Virus record (IMG/VR): IMGVR_UViG_3300042090_000890
Location: 1 to 64,000 of that record
Direction: 5' to 3' (one strand)
From: a virus
Length of the DNA: 64,000 nucleotides
Under the pieces are notes generated by a model. The model had not been told where the DNA came from. It ran no database searches and saw only the letters and a list, made by a program, of their open reading frames with translations. The position numbers and the translations under genes were made by a program. The first letter of the stretch is position 1. The number at the start of each line of letters is the position of its first letter. Of the stretch, positions 1 through 9,551 are shown in pieces.

Positions 1-165
1 GTCGTCACTGCGCCTGGCACTAGCACGACCCTAGTCTACGTCGGTGCAGGTTCTACCACCAGCCAGTTCATTCCGGCGAACGGTAACGCAACAGGTACGG
101 TGTTCGTGTCGGCAAGCATTACGCAGTTTGACTTCAGCATACCGATCACGAACTTCCAACCTTAA
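1..165 (+). CDS. 3' end of a Thr/Gly/Val-rich protein, possibly virion structural (partial)
   Basis: Frame 1 open from base 1 (VVTAPGTSTTLVYVGAGSTTSQFIPANGNATGTVFVSASITQFDFSIPITNFQP) to TAA 163-165; stop overlaps the convergent stop of the next gene. Confidence 0.55.
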   Translation, partial: VVTAPGTSTTLVYVGAGSTTSQFIPANGNATGTVFVSASITQFDFSIPITNFQP

Positions 166-341
166 TCGTCGATCTTGGCGAGTTCGGCTTCCAGCTTCTC
201 TTGCTCTTTGTTGAGCTGCAAGAATTTCTCTAAATGTTCAGTCTTGGCTACGCCGGTTGCCTCCCGCGCGAGCTTCAATGCATCAAGCTTTTGGTCTTGA
301 AGCTTGTCGATTTGAACTTCTAGGTCGTATATTTTACTCAC
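162..341 (-). CDS. small coiled-coil hypothetical protein
   Basis: Probable GTG start at 341 overlapping the upstream stop; heptad-like Leu/Glu/Lys content. Confidence 0.55.
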   Translation of the reverse strand: MSKIYDLEVQIDKLQDQKLDALKLAREATGVAKTEHLEKFLQLNKEQEKLEAELAKIDD

Positions 342-516
342 GCTTGGCGTCAACCTTCCGGAAGATGCGAGCCATGACCCAGATAGCCCATGCGTCTCCG
401 ACTGCATGGATCATGGTCAACTGCGGAGCTTCGCACGAAGTGTACAAGCCGACTGCGGCGGTCAGTAAAATACCGACCACGCATGCGAATTTAAGAAACT
501 TAGCTTCTGGTCCCAT
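334..516 (-). CDS. small membrane protein (2 hydrophobic segments)
   Basis: ATG 516 (MGPEAKF...) with upstream GAGG; two hydrophobic stretches. Confidence 0.5.
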   Translation of the reverse strand: MGPEAKFLKFACVVGILLTAAVGLYTSCEAPQLTMIHAVGDAWAIWVMARIFRKVDAKRE

Positions 517-802
517 TACGGCCTCGCGGAAAGAGCTGTGCGATTGCATACAACACTCGATCGAGTAGATTGTATCGTTTGAAACGCACAAAACCATTTA
601 AAACATATACCTGTTGGTAGTCTGCTTCGGTACCACCAGCGACTTTTTTAATCCTGCTGATGCGTACATTGAACTTGAAAGGTAACGCGCTGCCGAGCAG
701 ACCTTTGTCGGCCAACTCAATCTTCTGTGCTACTTCCAATCCCACTTTGCCCATCGGCAGTTTCGCTGACCGGTAATACTTCGGTCCGATTGTCACTTCC
801 AT
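500..802 (-). CDS. hypothetical protein
   Basis: ORF with GGAGG RBS in a tightly packed minus-strand operon. Confidence 0.55.
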   Translation of the reverse strand: MEVTIGPKYYRSAKLPMGKVGLEVAQKIELADKGLLGSALPFKFNVRISRIKKVAGGTEADYQQVYVLNGFVRFKRYNLLDRVLYAIAQLFPRGRNGTRS

Positions 803-1370
803 CCTGTCCTCCTGTTAAAGGTGCATTATTCCATCTGTCACGAAACTTGTCAAGACGTAGGTTGATCAACTCGGACGACATTCTAGCTGCTATGCCGCTT
901 TTCACATGCTTCGAAATCAGCCGTTTATGCAGCGTAGGAGCCTTTTTGGCGACTTCTAGGTAATCGGCGACCATAATACGCCCGTCACCCATTTGATGCA
1001 AGTTCTTGGCTACCATTAGACCGGCATGCTTGTACGTGGTCGCGATCACTTCAAGAGCTTTGTCTTTCAACTCGATCGGTACCAGGAAATAGAACTGAGT
1101 CGGCAGAGGCGAATGGTCCGAAGAAACATCGTATGTCTCGGCCTTCGATAGCCAGTCGTGCTTGCCGCGCTTCTTGAGATCAGCTTTCAAGTCTGAGATG
1201 GATATCTTGGTCTCAATCTCGATCATCTTCCGGCATTGTATCGAAGAGTCTGTTCCCAGCACGTCTGCCGATCGGGTAGGATCTTCCGTGCAAACCAAGT
1301 CTAGTTGCTTCTGGAAGCGTAGCCATGCCATACCCAGCGTTTTGAGATCATCTGACCCGATCTTATTCAT
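717..1370 (-). CDS. MmcB-like PD-(D/E)XK nuclease-fold protein
   Basis: RSADVLG...IEIETKISISDLKADLKK and FYFLVP match the MmcB-family pattern. Confidence 0.65.
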   Translation of the reverse strand: MNKIGSDDLKTLGMAWLRFQKQLDLVCTEDPTRSADVLGTDSSIQCRKMIEIETKISISDLKADLKKRGKHDWLSKAETYDVSSDHSPLPTQFYFLVPIELKDKALEVIATTYKHAGLMVAKNLHQMGDGRIMVADYLEVAKKAPTLHKRLISKHVKSGIAARMSSELINLRLDKFRDRWNNAPLTGGQDGSDNRTEVLPVSETADGQSGIGSSTED

Positions 1371-3438
1371 TGATCCGCCCTGCGAAGTGCGGCTCGGTCA
1401 CGAGTACCTGCACATTTTCTTCTCCAACATTTACGACTACTCGATCGTCGTTTTGCTCAACCACAGCGACTGGGGCTGCCGGTACCAACTGTCCTTGGGC
1501 GACCTGCGGCAGTGCTCCACCAGCTTGTAGTGCGCCAGCAATGGCACCTGCACCACCGCCAGCTTGTCCTTGAGCTATATTGATATTCAAATTTCCGGCG
1601 TTGCCATTGTAGACTAATCCACCGCCGCCGAACATATCCTGCGTCCATCGGCCTTCGTAAAGGTCTTCCACCTTGAACTGCATCATGATTGAGTATACCT
1701 TGTCGACATCCTCTTTCGGGACTGCCTTGTTGGAATGCGAGCGCAGTTCGCCGAATCGCAGAATGACCTTTTTATGTTCGACCAGATCATGTACTTGCGC
1801 GGGCGTTTGAGTAGTGATAGCCAGTGGACCGTTGGCCCAACTCTCGCGGTGAATCCTGCCGACGTACGTCAATTTTGGCCCTTTGTACACGCCGAAGATA
1901 ATCTCGGTGCCTTCAACCATGCGGTCTGCGTACGATGCAACGCAGTGATTCTGGTCTTTGCCCCATTCCGTGATCTTTACGGTAGTTCGCGGCAACAGGA
2001 TGCGTATATCGTCTTTGCGGGCGCCGTGGAGTCCTTTCAACTCTTCCGGCCAAGTGATGCGCTTGCGGGATTCGATGGCCTTAAGCTTGGTGTAATTGCG
2101 AGAGATATCGTCATGCAGTTCCTTGATGGTCTTCCAACTACGCTTCGCTTTAAGTCCTTCCGGGAACATCGCTTTCGATTTCTTGGACTTGAACTTGGAC
2201 GGATCTTTAAATTCGTTGAGCATTCTGAGAGCATCGCACGACCACGATAAATTCTCTTCTTTCATAAGCTTGTCGACGGTCGTGTTCATGAGATAGTTGA
2301 TCGCCTGCTCTTTACCAACCAATTTGAAAAAGTCGCGCAGTGGCTTGAAGGATTGATCCTTTTCCGTCCCCGGACCGCCGTAGGTCATATCTTGGCCGTA
2401 GTAACGATTTGTATAAAACGAACGGGAACCTTGAATTGCCCGATCGTCCACGGTCGACAAAGTAGCGTTGATGATAGCAGCTTTTTCGAGCGGAACATCA
2501 AACTCTTTCATCAGAATTCGTAACATGTCGCCGTCGTACACGATAGGGTAACAGAACTTGCCTTTCGGAATCATCATCGCGTGGATGCCGTCTTGTACAT
2601 ATCCGACGACCTGATTGTTCGTCTCTCGCACTTCAGTGAATGCGGTACTAGCGCCTGCAGCACGCATGACTGGCTTGGTCGTATTGCCGACCCACTCGGC
2701 CATAAATTTTTTGAAGTCTTTATCACGTGTAGCCTTACGAATCCGAGGATTGGAGTACATGCTGGGATGCAGAAGTATCGCCGGTTCCGCGCAATCTCGG
2801 TCGAGGACCATCTGAGAGTATGGGCATGCGAACATGCACAACTCGAACCCATCCTTAAGTTCTGGATGCTTCATATGTATGTATCCAATTTCATTTGGCA
2901 GACGGTCTTCGCGGATCGCTATTCCCAGAACACCTTTAAAGATTCCCAGCGCCCGACGAGCTATGGCCAGATCGGCAGCACAGCGTACTCGGCGCACCGA
3001 TTTAGATGTGAATCTCTTGAACTCGTACTGATTGCCTGGGACCATGATTGCTGGATCTGGCTTCTCAGACTTCCGCTCTGTGATGTATAGGGTAATGCCG
3101 CCCTTTTTGTGAAACGTCATCCCATTTACCAAGTTGTTGATGTAGTAGATGTTGTCTTCTGAATGATTCGTCATGATGGGCGCGTCAGTCAGAAGAGTGA
3201 TGGACACCAGCTCGTGAGTCTTCGGATGGAACGATCCGATGATGCTGAGCCTATACCGATCGTACGGATTGGCCCACTGTATTTGGCCAGACACATTGTT
3301 AGAAGTGAGAACGTTGGCATTGCCAGCCGCAACAAAGTATGACCCCGCTCCAGAGCCGTAGTGATGGTCGTTGTCGTTGTGAGCGAACTCGCCTTCGAAC
3401 AACAACCTTTTACTACTGGACGATATAACCTTTATCAT
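1363..3438 (-). CDS. PcfJ-like domain protein
   Basis: C-terminal ELHD...ILLPRT...EWGKDQNHCVASY...IFGV pattern typical of PcfJ; Gly/Ala-rich tail. Confidence 0.65.
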   Translation of the reverse strand: MIKVISSSSKRLLFEGEFAHNDNDHHYGSGAGSYFVAAGNANVLTSNNVSGQIQWANPYDRYRLSIIGSFHPKTHELVSITLLTDAPIMTNHSEDNIYYINNLVNGMTFHKKGGITLYITERKSEKPDPAIMVPGNQYEFKRFTSKSVRRVRCAADLAIARRALGIFKGVLGIAIREDRLPNEIGYIHMKHPELKDGFELCMFACPYSQMVLDRDCAEPAILLHPSMYSNPRIRKATRDKDFKKFMAEWVGNTTKPVMRAAGASTAFTEVRETNNQVVGYVQDGIHAMMIPKGKFCYPIVYDGDMLRILMKEFDVPLEKAAIINATLSTVDDRAIQGSRSFYTNRYYGQDMTYGGPGTEKDQSFKPLRDFFKLVGKEQAINYLMNTTVDKLMKEENLSWSCDALRMLNEFKDPSKFKSKKSKAMFPEGLKAKRSWKTIKELHDDISRNYTKLKAIESRKRITWPEELKGLHGARKDDIRILLPRTTVKITEWGKDQNHCVASYADRMVEGTEIIFGVYKGPKLTYVGRIHRESWANGPLAITTQTPAQVHDLVEHKKVILRFGELRSHSNKAVPKEDVDKVYSIMMQFKVEDLYEGRWTQDMFGGGGLVYNGNAGNLNINIAQGQAGGGAGAIAGALQAGGALPQVAQGQLVPAAPVAVVEQNDDRVVVNVGEENVQVLVTEPHFAGRINE

Positions 3439-3958
3439 CGGCTTCCTTGATGAATTTTTCGATTTCTTTCACGCCACGGAGAGTGATCTCTTCGAACTCG
3501 GAAGTCTTCGTTTTCATGACCTTGAACGTTAGGCCAACGTTTTGGCCGTTCGCGTTCTTTTTGGCTTCAGCAAAGCCTTTCTTAAGCTCCGCCAGCTTGT
3601 TCTCCGGTAGCTTCAATTTGGCGGATGACTTCTGCTTCCTTGCCAAGTCGCGAGTTTCCTTGTCGGTCAATTTCTTCGGAGGCTTCTCTTCCTCCTGCTT
3701 TGCAGGCGACTCCTCTTTCTTAGCAACTACTTCTGGCGGAGACTCGACCTTCTCGGCTACCGACTTCAAACCTTCGAGCAATTTCGACTGTTTCAACTTC
3801 TCGATGAAATCGCCCGGAATTTCCCGTATCTCGGCAACCAGGTCTTCAAGCAGATCCTCGAAGGGCATAGCGTCAACATCGCTGCGCTTCGGACGAAGGT
3901 CGAATACGTAAATCACAAGCCCAGCAAGCAATAGCGCTATAATAATCCAGTCTGTCAT
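3413..3958 (-). CDS. membrane-anchored hypothetical protein
   Basis: N-terminal hydrophobic helix followed by a Lys/Glu-rich region. Confidence 0.6.
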   Translation of the reverse strand: MTDWIIIALLLAGLVIYVFDLRPKRSDVDAMPFEDLLEDLVAEIREIPGDFIEKLKQSKLLEGLKSVAEKVESPPEVVAKKEESPAKQEEEKPPKKLTDKETRDLARKQKSSAKLKLPENKLAELKKGFAEAKKNANGQNVGLTFKVMKTKTSEFEEITLRGVKEIEKFIKEADDKGYIVQ

Positions 3959-4818
3959 ATAAGCCCCAATTCTTTCAAGCGTTCGGTTAAATAGGAACCC
4001 GCCGTGTGACGCTCTGACAGCACGGTATTCGGGTTTGCGTGCAGAAACAATGGCATACTGTAACGCGACACGTTCGACTCTTCTCCGGAAGGATTGACCA
4101 CGCGGTGAGTCGTGCTTTTGTAGTATCCGCCGGTTGCCTCTGCGAGCATGTCGCCGACGTTCACAATGATCGGGTTACCGGCGCCGACTTCCACTTTGTG
4201 CCACACGCCGTCATTATCTTGCACTTCCAGACCTGGCTGTGTCGCCGCCGGTAAAAGGGTCAGGAAATTGATATCCTCGTGAGCTGCTGCTCGTACGGCC
4301 CCGCGCTCAACATCTTTGCCGAGAGGTGGATAATGCAAGATTCGGTAGAGAGTATTCCAGCAGCCGGTTACGGCGTCTGCCCATTGTCGATCGCATTTAT
4401 TGATGCCGACAGGAGTTGCTCTCTCAACTGCATTCAGCAGCTTCACGGATAGTGCTTCGAGCGAGATGAATGCCTCAGATGTTACGCGGCGCAGGTTCAA
4501 CGGAAGCGGAGGTAGTTGGTCTGCTATGGTCGGGTTGTTGCCGAAATAGTGATAGAATTCTTTGATGTCTGCGACTGTAGCGCCTTTGGCCTTTTCGGAC
4601 TTCATTGGAAAGTAACCAGATTGAGTTTCTTTCTTGAACATGAACCGATTCTTGTACGTCGGATGTTCGAAGAACCCGGCCCATGACTTGTAGCAGTCCT
4701 CGAATACGCTGGCAGGTATCCCGTGGTTCGTGATGACCGCGAATCCTGTGTCGCGCAGGGCCTGGACCAACCGCCCGTTAGCGTCTTCGTCCTGCAAATT
4801 TATCGTTGGCACTTTCAT
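3955..4818 (-). CDS. 2OG-Fe(II) oxygenase, isopenicillin N synthase/DIOX family
   Basis: GFAVITNHGI N-terminal motif; RILHYPP; HED (HxD), distal HRV, RYS 2-oxoglutarate-binding motif. Confidence 0.9.
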   Translation of the reverse strand: MKVPTINLQDEDANGRLVQALRDTGFAVITNHGIPASVFEDCYKSWAGFFEHPTYKNRFMFKKETQSGYFPMKSEKAKGATVADIKEFYHYFGNNPTIADQLPPLPLNLRRVTSEAFISLEALSVKLLNAVERATPVGINKCDRQWADAVTGCWNTLYRILHYPPLGKDVERGAVRAAAHEDINFLTLLPAATQPGLEVQDNDGVWHKVEVGAGNPIIVNVGDMLAEATGGYYKSTTHRVVNPSGEESNVSRYSMPLFLHANPNTVLSERHTAGSYLTERLKELGLI

Positions 4819-4936
4819 TCACAGTTTCCTTCTCGCGTTTCTTGCGCGACTTGATCTTGGATTCTAACATGTGAACCAATGGTAACGCAACACAAAGAGC
4901 GATCAGGCACATCATGTCAATCTGTTGCTGGCTCAT
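4778..4936 (-). CDS. small membrane peptide (52 aa, below ORF-track cutoff)
   Basis: MSQQQIDMMCLIALCVALPLVHMLESKIKSRKKREK... fills the gap between flanking genes. Confidence 0.35.
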   Translation of the reverse strand: MSQQQIDMMCLIALCVALPLVHMLESKIKSRKKREKETVNESANDKFAGRRR

Positions 4937-5219
4937 ACGAAACCTTCCATAGCCTGATGCACCATCGGTATACCTTGCTCCCCAACTGAACGTGAACGTA
5001 CAGCATTCTGCGTTTATCGATCACTTTTCGCTTCCATTTCGGTCGACCAGAATGCTTCCATGTGCCGTATATCGTCCATAAAAACTGATAGTTGTACCCA
5101 GGACAGAACAACAGCGAGAGTCCCTTTCCGTCGTAGTATTCTTGCGACGGGTCAACTTCCCACGAATAAAACGTTGCAAACCTGATAGGCTCTCCGGGGC
5201 CTTCTTTCCGCTCTCTCAA
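4917..5219 (-). CDS. hypothetical protein
   Basis: Probable TTG start overlapping upstream TGA; aromatic-rich. Confidence 0.45.
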   Translation of the reverse strand: MRERKEGPGEPIRFATFYSWEVDPSQEYYDGKGLSLLFCPGYNYQFLWTIYGTWKHSGRPKWKRKVIDKRRMLYVHVQLGSKVYRWCIRLWKVSYEPATD

Positions 5220-5572
5220 TGGACTGGGCCTTCGTACTCGGAAAATACAAAGCTGCCGTTCATGCCGAAGTGGGCGCAGTTGTGATCGCGATGCTGCATG
5301 GTCATGTCGGCTTCGGCGACGGCGTTGGCTTCCACACCGTGGCGGACAAGAAACCGGCAAGTCACATCCGGACAACGCGATTGTATCTTGTCGACGAGGC
5401 GAGTGTCTACTTTACCGTCCGAGAAGGTCTTCGTTTCGGTCACCTTCACTTCGAAGAATTGTGTCGCCATGTCCATGTTTCGGATATAGAGCTTGCACGT
5501 TCTCATAGGTCCTCCATCTTCATGATATCGGACTGCTTTCTTAGAATCAACTGTATTGTCAGACTGTTTCAT
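5216..5572 (-). CDS. hypothetical protein
   Basis: ORF in operon context. Confidence 0.55.
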   Translation of the reverse strand: MKQSDNTVDSKKAVRYHEDGGPMRTCKLYIRNMDMATQFFEVKVTETKTFSDGKVDTRLVDKIQSRCPDVTCRFLVRHGVEANAVAEADMTMQHRDHNCAHFGMNGSFVFSEYEGPVH

Positions 5573-5579
5573 AATGATC

Positions 5580-6800
5580 CTACCAAGTGAATTTAAAGGC
5601 CAGTTGCTTGTCGATTACCGCTTTGAGAATGAAATATGGGACACCGCCGTACTTCGCGATTTCCTTCATGTCGTTCGTGATGTACCGTTTTTCAAGCATC
5701 TTCGTCATTTCGTCGACTTCGCCCTTAAGCCCGCTTTGCATGTAAGCTGCGTCCAGCGCATGGCTTTCGGCGTCATTCATCGGTATCCCAGCGATGCCAG
5801 CCGGAGCGCGCCGGACGGCCCTGCGCATGCGCAGGCGAGAGGCCGGTCGACGATGGTGCGTCATAGGCGGCTTGCGTTCGTACAGAAGACCTAGATATTT
5901 GTCGCCGCGCAGCATACTCATGCGGTTAACGAGCGTGCCAGTCATGATAGCTGTCGCCTGGGAAGTGCCAGTCATGTATCCGTACTGGTCGCCTGGCAGA
6001 GTGGAATATACGTTGTTACCAAGCTCGTACTCGACCTTCATCTCACCTGGCTTAATCGAGTCCACTTTCCGATCTTGCGATAGCGTACCGGAGTAATTGG
6101 AAGTCGGCAGTACGGCATTGCCACGGTCGTGAGCCGACACCATCACGATTCTTGGATCGTACGCGGCGGGGTAGTATTTATGGATGTTGATGTCAGACCT
6201 TTCATTCCCGGCAGCGGCAACGAACAAGCCTCCTCGATCGAGAAACTCTGTAACCGCTGCGCGCTCTTCCTCGCTAGGAGCAAGACCGCCGCCGGAGTAA
6301 TTGATAACCGACGCTCCCATTTTGTTCGCGTACATGATCGATTTTACCGTATTTATTAAATTGTTGGACTCATTAGATTTCGGATCATAGTAGCGCAAAA
6401 TTATTAGGCAATAGTCTGCAGATCCGGCTTCCAATGCGACCAGTCCGGCAATGTGCGTACCGTGGCCGTGATGATCAGTCAAGTCGTTGTTATTGTCGAC
6501 GAAGTTCCAACCGTACACGTCATCGATGAAACCGTTGCCGTCGTCGTCGATTCCATTGTTGGACTTGTCACGGCCACGAGCGTCTTTGCCGGTTTCGCCT
6601 TCGTTCACACAGAGATGTTCTTTTATTCCGAGGTGGGTGACTTGGGCGCCAGTATCGATTACGGCTATCTTCACGGTCTTGGCGGTTACCGGGACAGTTC
6701 TTTCAACGACCGGCCAGCCTCCTGCGCCTTTAACGGCATCCAGGCTATCAGCTGCGGCAAAAGAACACACCAAATAAAGTGCAAGCAACAGAGTTCTCAT
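5580..6800 (-). CDS. secreted S8 subtilisin-like serine protease
   Basis: Signal peptide; catalytic triad IAVIDTG / HGHGTHIAG / MTGTSQAT; oxyanion AAAGN; DDDGNGFIDD Ca-binding loop. Confidence 0.92.
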   Translation of the reverse strand: MRTLLLALYLVCSFAAADSLDAVKGAGGWPVVERTVPVTAKTVKIAVIDTGAQVTHLGIKEHLCVNEGETGKDARGRDKSNNGIDDDGNGFIDDVYGWNFVDNNNDLTDHHGHGTHIAGLVALEAGSADYCLIILRYYDPKSNESNNLINTVKSIMYANKMGASVINYSGGGLAPSEEERAAVTEFLDRGGLFVAAAGNERSDINIHKYYPAAYDPRIVMVSAHDRGNAVLPTSNYSGTLSQDRKVDSIKPGEMKVEYELGNNVYSTLPGDQYGYMTGTSQATAIMTGTLVNRMSMLRGDKYLGLLYERKPPMTHHRRPASRLRMRRAVRRAPAGIAGIPMNDAESHALDAAYMQSGLKGEVDEMTKMLEKRYITNDMKEIAKYGGVPYFILKAVIDKQLAFKFTW

Positions 6801-6818
6801 GCCAGCATAATCTCATAA

Positions 6819-7244
6819 TCAGTCGACTTCGTCAACTTCGTCCTCTTTATCCTTCAAAGGGTTGAAAGGATTGCGATAAATACGATTTTTCTCAGGCAGC
6901 CATTCGGAGGCTGGCTTATCGTCCATGATCCAATCGAATTTCGATATCGTATATGTGAAAACGTCTTCCAGGCCGAGCGCGCAGACGATCTTGTACGCCC
7001 ACTCCTCGCCGCCCGCAGACCAAGCCACGATCGTAAAGTCGCGGGCAGCAAACTGTTTTACGATGTTGATGTGGCGACTGTGCGGGAGGCACGGGACTTT
7101 GATGCCGGTCTTCGACGTGAGCCATAAGATCGAGTCTTGGTCGATGTGATCCGGTATGCCTTTTTCAAACATGTCCATCAAGACCATTGTCTCGTCGATG
7201 TCGACGCCGAACGTTTTCTGTCCGCATTTAATTCTTTTTACCAC
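6819..7244 (-). CDS. HAD-superfamily phosphatase (cap-less)
   Basis: VDIDET motif I, WSAGG motif II, MDDK motif IV. Confidence 0.7.
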   Translation of the reverse strand: MVKRIKCGQKTFGVDIDETMVLMDMFEKGIPDHIDQDSILWLTSKTGIKVPCLPHSRHINIVKQFAARDFTIVAWSAGGEEWAYKIVCALGLEDVFTYTISKFDWIMDDKPASEWLPEKNRIYRNPFNPLKDKEDEVDEVD

Positions 7245-7779
7245 CGTACACCTTCAATACTTCGCACCACGGACCGTGACCATGGAGATCCGTGTCTTTG
7301 TACCCTAACTTATGGGCGCCGCAGTCACAGATAGTCAGCGGCTTGGTTACCTCATCGTCATCTTCGAATTCGCCGAATATGCCCATTTTAGTTCGTTTGT
7401 ACGGCAGCGCTGGAAGCCCACAGAACTGATTCACTGCCTTTTCAATATCGACTATCCCGTATTTAACGCTCGTGCCGATTCCAGGCAGCTTGAACCCACT
7501 CGTTTTCGGGGTATATACCGTCACGTCGCCGGTTTGGGCTTCGAACGTGAAAATTGCTTCGATATCTCCGTACATCAATACCGGGTCCAACAACCATTGC
7601 GATGAAATCTTTCCGTGAACGTTGACGTATTTGATCAAATTTTTATCCACGAAAGGCAACGCCAGCACGACGTACCAGCTATCGTGACCGTTATCGTCCT
7701 CGTATGTGAGAAGATCGTAACTTGGATACGGGCCAGTAAGAAGTGGCATCAGAATGCCAGTCAGTTTGCTGATCATCAT
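7228..7779 (-). CDS. hypothetical protein with C-terminal Cys/His cluster
   Basis: ATGA overlap with map stop; CDCG...HGPWC. Confidence 0.55.
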   Translation of the reverse strand: MMISKLTGILMPLLTGPYPSYDLLTYEDDNGHDSWYVVLALPFVDKNLIKYVNVHGKISSQWLLDPVLMYGDIEAIFTFEAQTGDVTVYTPKTSGFKLPGIGTSVKYGIVDIEKAVNQFCGLPALPYKRTKMGIFGEFEDDDEVTKPLTICDCGAHKLGYKDTDLHGHGPWCEVLKVYGGKKN

Positions 7780-8540
7780 TCCACCGTCAGAATTTCGTAA
7801 CCGGTGTCGGTCACCAGCACGGTGTGTTCGAATTGCGCGGACAATCCTTTCGGGCAGACGTACATCTTGACCTTGCATTTGTCGTATCCGAAGAGCGGTT
7901 CGATGTCGACTGCCTTATAGCTTTGATTCTCCCACACGATCGGCTCGACCGTTATACAGCTCCACGGCTTCAGAACGTCGCCTGTTCCAAACCGCCCTTG
8001 AGATGGTACGAACGGGAAATCATGGAAAATCTTGCCTATTCCGTGGCCGCCGATGTCCTTTACCAGCCACAGGTGCGGGTATTTCTTTTGGATGAGCGAT
8101 TCAGTAGCGAAGCCAATGTCGCCGGTCTTACCGAACGGTCTGATAGCACGGATGCCAGCATCCCGCGCTTCTAAAGCGGCCTGGATGACTACAGCCGCCT
8201 TCGGTAGCACATTCCCGATCGGGATAGTGACAGAGCAGTCACCGTGGTACGGGCCAACCTTGACGGTCACATCGATGTTTACGGTATCGTCCTGTCTGAG
8301 GCATCGGTCGTCTGGCACGCCGTGGCATAGTACCTCGTTTACGGACGTACAGATGGTCTTCGGGTACCCACCGTAGCCGAGGCAGGCGTTCGTTCCGCCG
8401 TTCGAGAGCGTGAAGTCGGAAGCAATCTGGTCGAGTTCATTGGTCGACACTCCGGCGACGGCGTGCTTCACGGTATGAGCCAACACTCGCGCTGCGAGCT
8501 TGCCAGCCTTTCTCATGCCATTTACGAACTCTTTGTCCAT
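7776..8540 (-). CDS. map: type I methionine aminopeptidase
   Basis: CTSVNEVLCHGVP, NIDVTV, HGDCS, GHGIG, TVEP, SAQFEHTV: all five metal ligands present. Confidence 0.95.
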   Translation of the reverse strand: MDKEFVNGMRKAGKLAARVLAHTVKHAVAGVSTNELDQIASDFTLSNGGTNACLGYGGYPKTICTSVNEVLCHGVPDDRCLRQDDTVNIDVTVKVGPYHGDCSVTIPIGNVLPKAAVVIQAALEARDAGIRAIRPFGKTGDIGFATESLIQKKYPHLWLVKDIGGHGIGKIFHDFPFVPSQGRFGTGDVLKPWSCITVEPIVWENQSYKAVDIEPLFGYDKCKVKMYVCPKGLSAQFEHTVLVTDTGYEILTVE

Positions 8541-9022
8541 TAAACCCTCTGGCGAAACGTGATCCCGTCGAGATGGTCAACCTCGTGGAGTATGCATCGG
8601 GCTGTGATGCCGGTAAAATTTCCTTCAATCTGATGCCCGTCGAGATTCTGCCAGGCAACTCTGATGTACGTCGAGCGCTTGACGGCCAACCTGACGCCTG
8701 GGAACGAAAGGCAACCTTCATCGTCGGCCTCTGCAGTTTCGGACGAGGATAACACGACCGGGTTGATCATGACCAACCGTTGGCCGCCGGGAATCGGCTT
8801 CTTGTTCTCATCTTTCATCTCGCGGGTATTGATGACGATGACCCGTCCGAGCAGACCGACCTGGTTGGCCGCCAGCCCGATGCCGTTGAACTTCTCCATC
8901 GTCGCGAACATACGCTCGACGATCGATCGCAGATTGGCGGTCTTGAAGTTGTTCATCGGCTGACACTTCTGTGAGAGGAACTCGCTTCCGTCCTTCTGAA
9001 TCTCGTACGTTTTCATTTGCAC
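8540..9022 (-). CDS. def: peptide deformylase (short, no C-terminal helix)
   Basis: GIGLAANQVG, EGCLS and HEVDHLDG signature motifs. Confidence 0.95.
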   Translation of the reverse strand: MQMKTYEIQKDGSEFLSQKCQPMNNFKTANLRSIVERMFATMEKFNGIGLAANQVGLLGRVIVINTREMKDENKKPIPGGQRLVMINPVVLSSSETAEADDEGCLSFPGVRLAVKRSTYIRVAWQNLDGHQIEGNFTGITARCILHEVDHLDGITFRQRV

Positions 9023-9249
9023 TCCATTCTGGCGTTAAGACACACTTCCGCATCCATCAAGGCATCGTCTTCCGTGGCCGGTCCACGGAGTTGCTCGCGT
9101 TCGGCGATCTTGGTCGCGATACATACACGCCATGCTATCTTCTCGGCCTCCACTTTAGATGGAGCTGTGCCAACGCCGCCGGAGCCTTCCAGCACGCGGC
9201 ACGTCATCGCCTGGGCCGACCATAAGAAAAAGACTGCGAGCCACTTCAT
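9013..9249 (-). CDS. small secreted Cys-containing protein
   Basis: Signal-peptide-like N-terminus; ATGA overlap. Confidence 0.5.
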   Translation of the reverse strand: MKWLAVFFLWSAQAMTCRVLEGSGGVGTAPSKVEAEKIAWRVCIATKIAEREQLRGPATEDDALMDAEVCLNARMECK

Positions 9250-9551
9250 TTTGCCTTCGCTTTCAATAGGATTTCATACTTGTTGCGCATGTCGATTACG
9301 TCATCCTCAAGTTCGCCTTGGACCATGATATTTTTGTCGTTGAACTCTTCGATTCGACGAACAATGTTCGCCATCTGCTCTTCGTCGGCGTGCTGTTGAT
9401 TGCGAATGGATTGGAGCATAGAAGCCATTTCATCCACTTCCGGCGGAGTCGGTGCGTGGTATTGCAAAAATTCGATATAAAACACCATCGTGCATATGCC
9501 AATAGCCAACCCGATAGCACCGTACAACCACTTCTCGAATTTATTTGGCAT
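9246..9551 (-). CDS. membrane-anchored coiled-coil protein
   Basis: N-terminal TM helix then coiled coil. Confidence 0.55.
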   Translation of the reverse strand: MPNKFEKWLYGAIGLAIGICTMVFYIEFLQYHAPTPPEVDEMASMLQSIRNQQHADEEQMANIVRRIEEFNDKNIMVQGELEDDVIDMRNKYEILLKAKAK

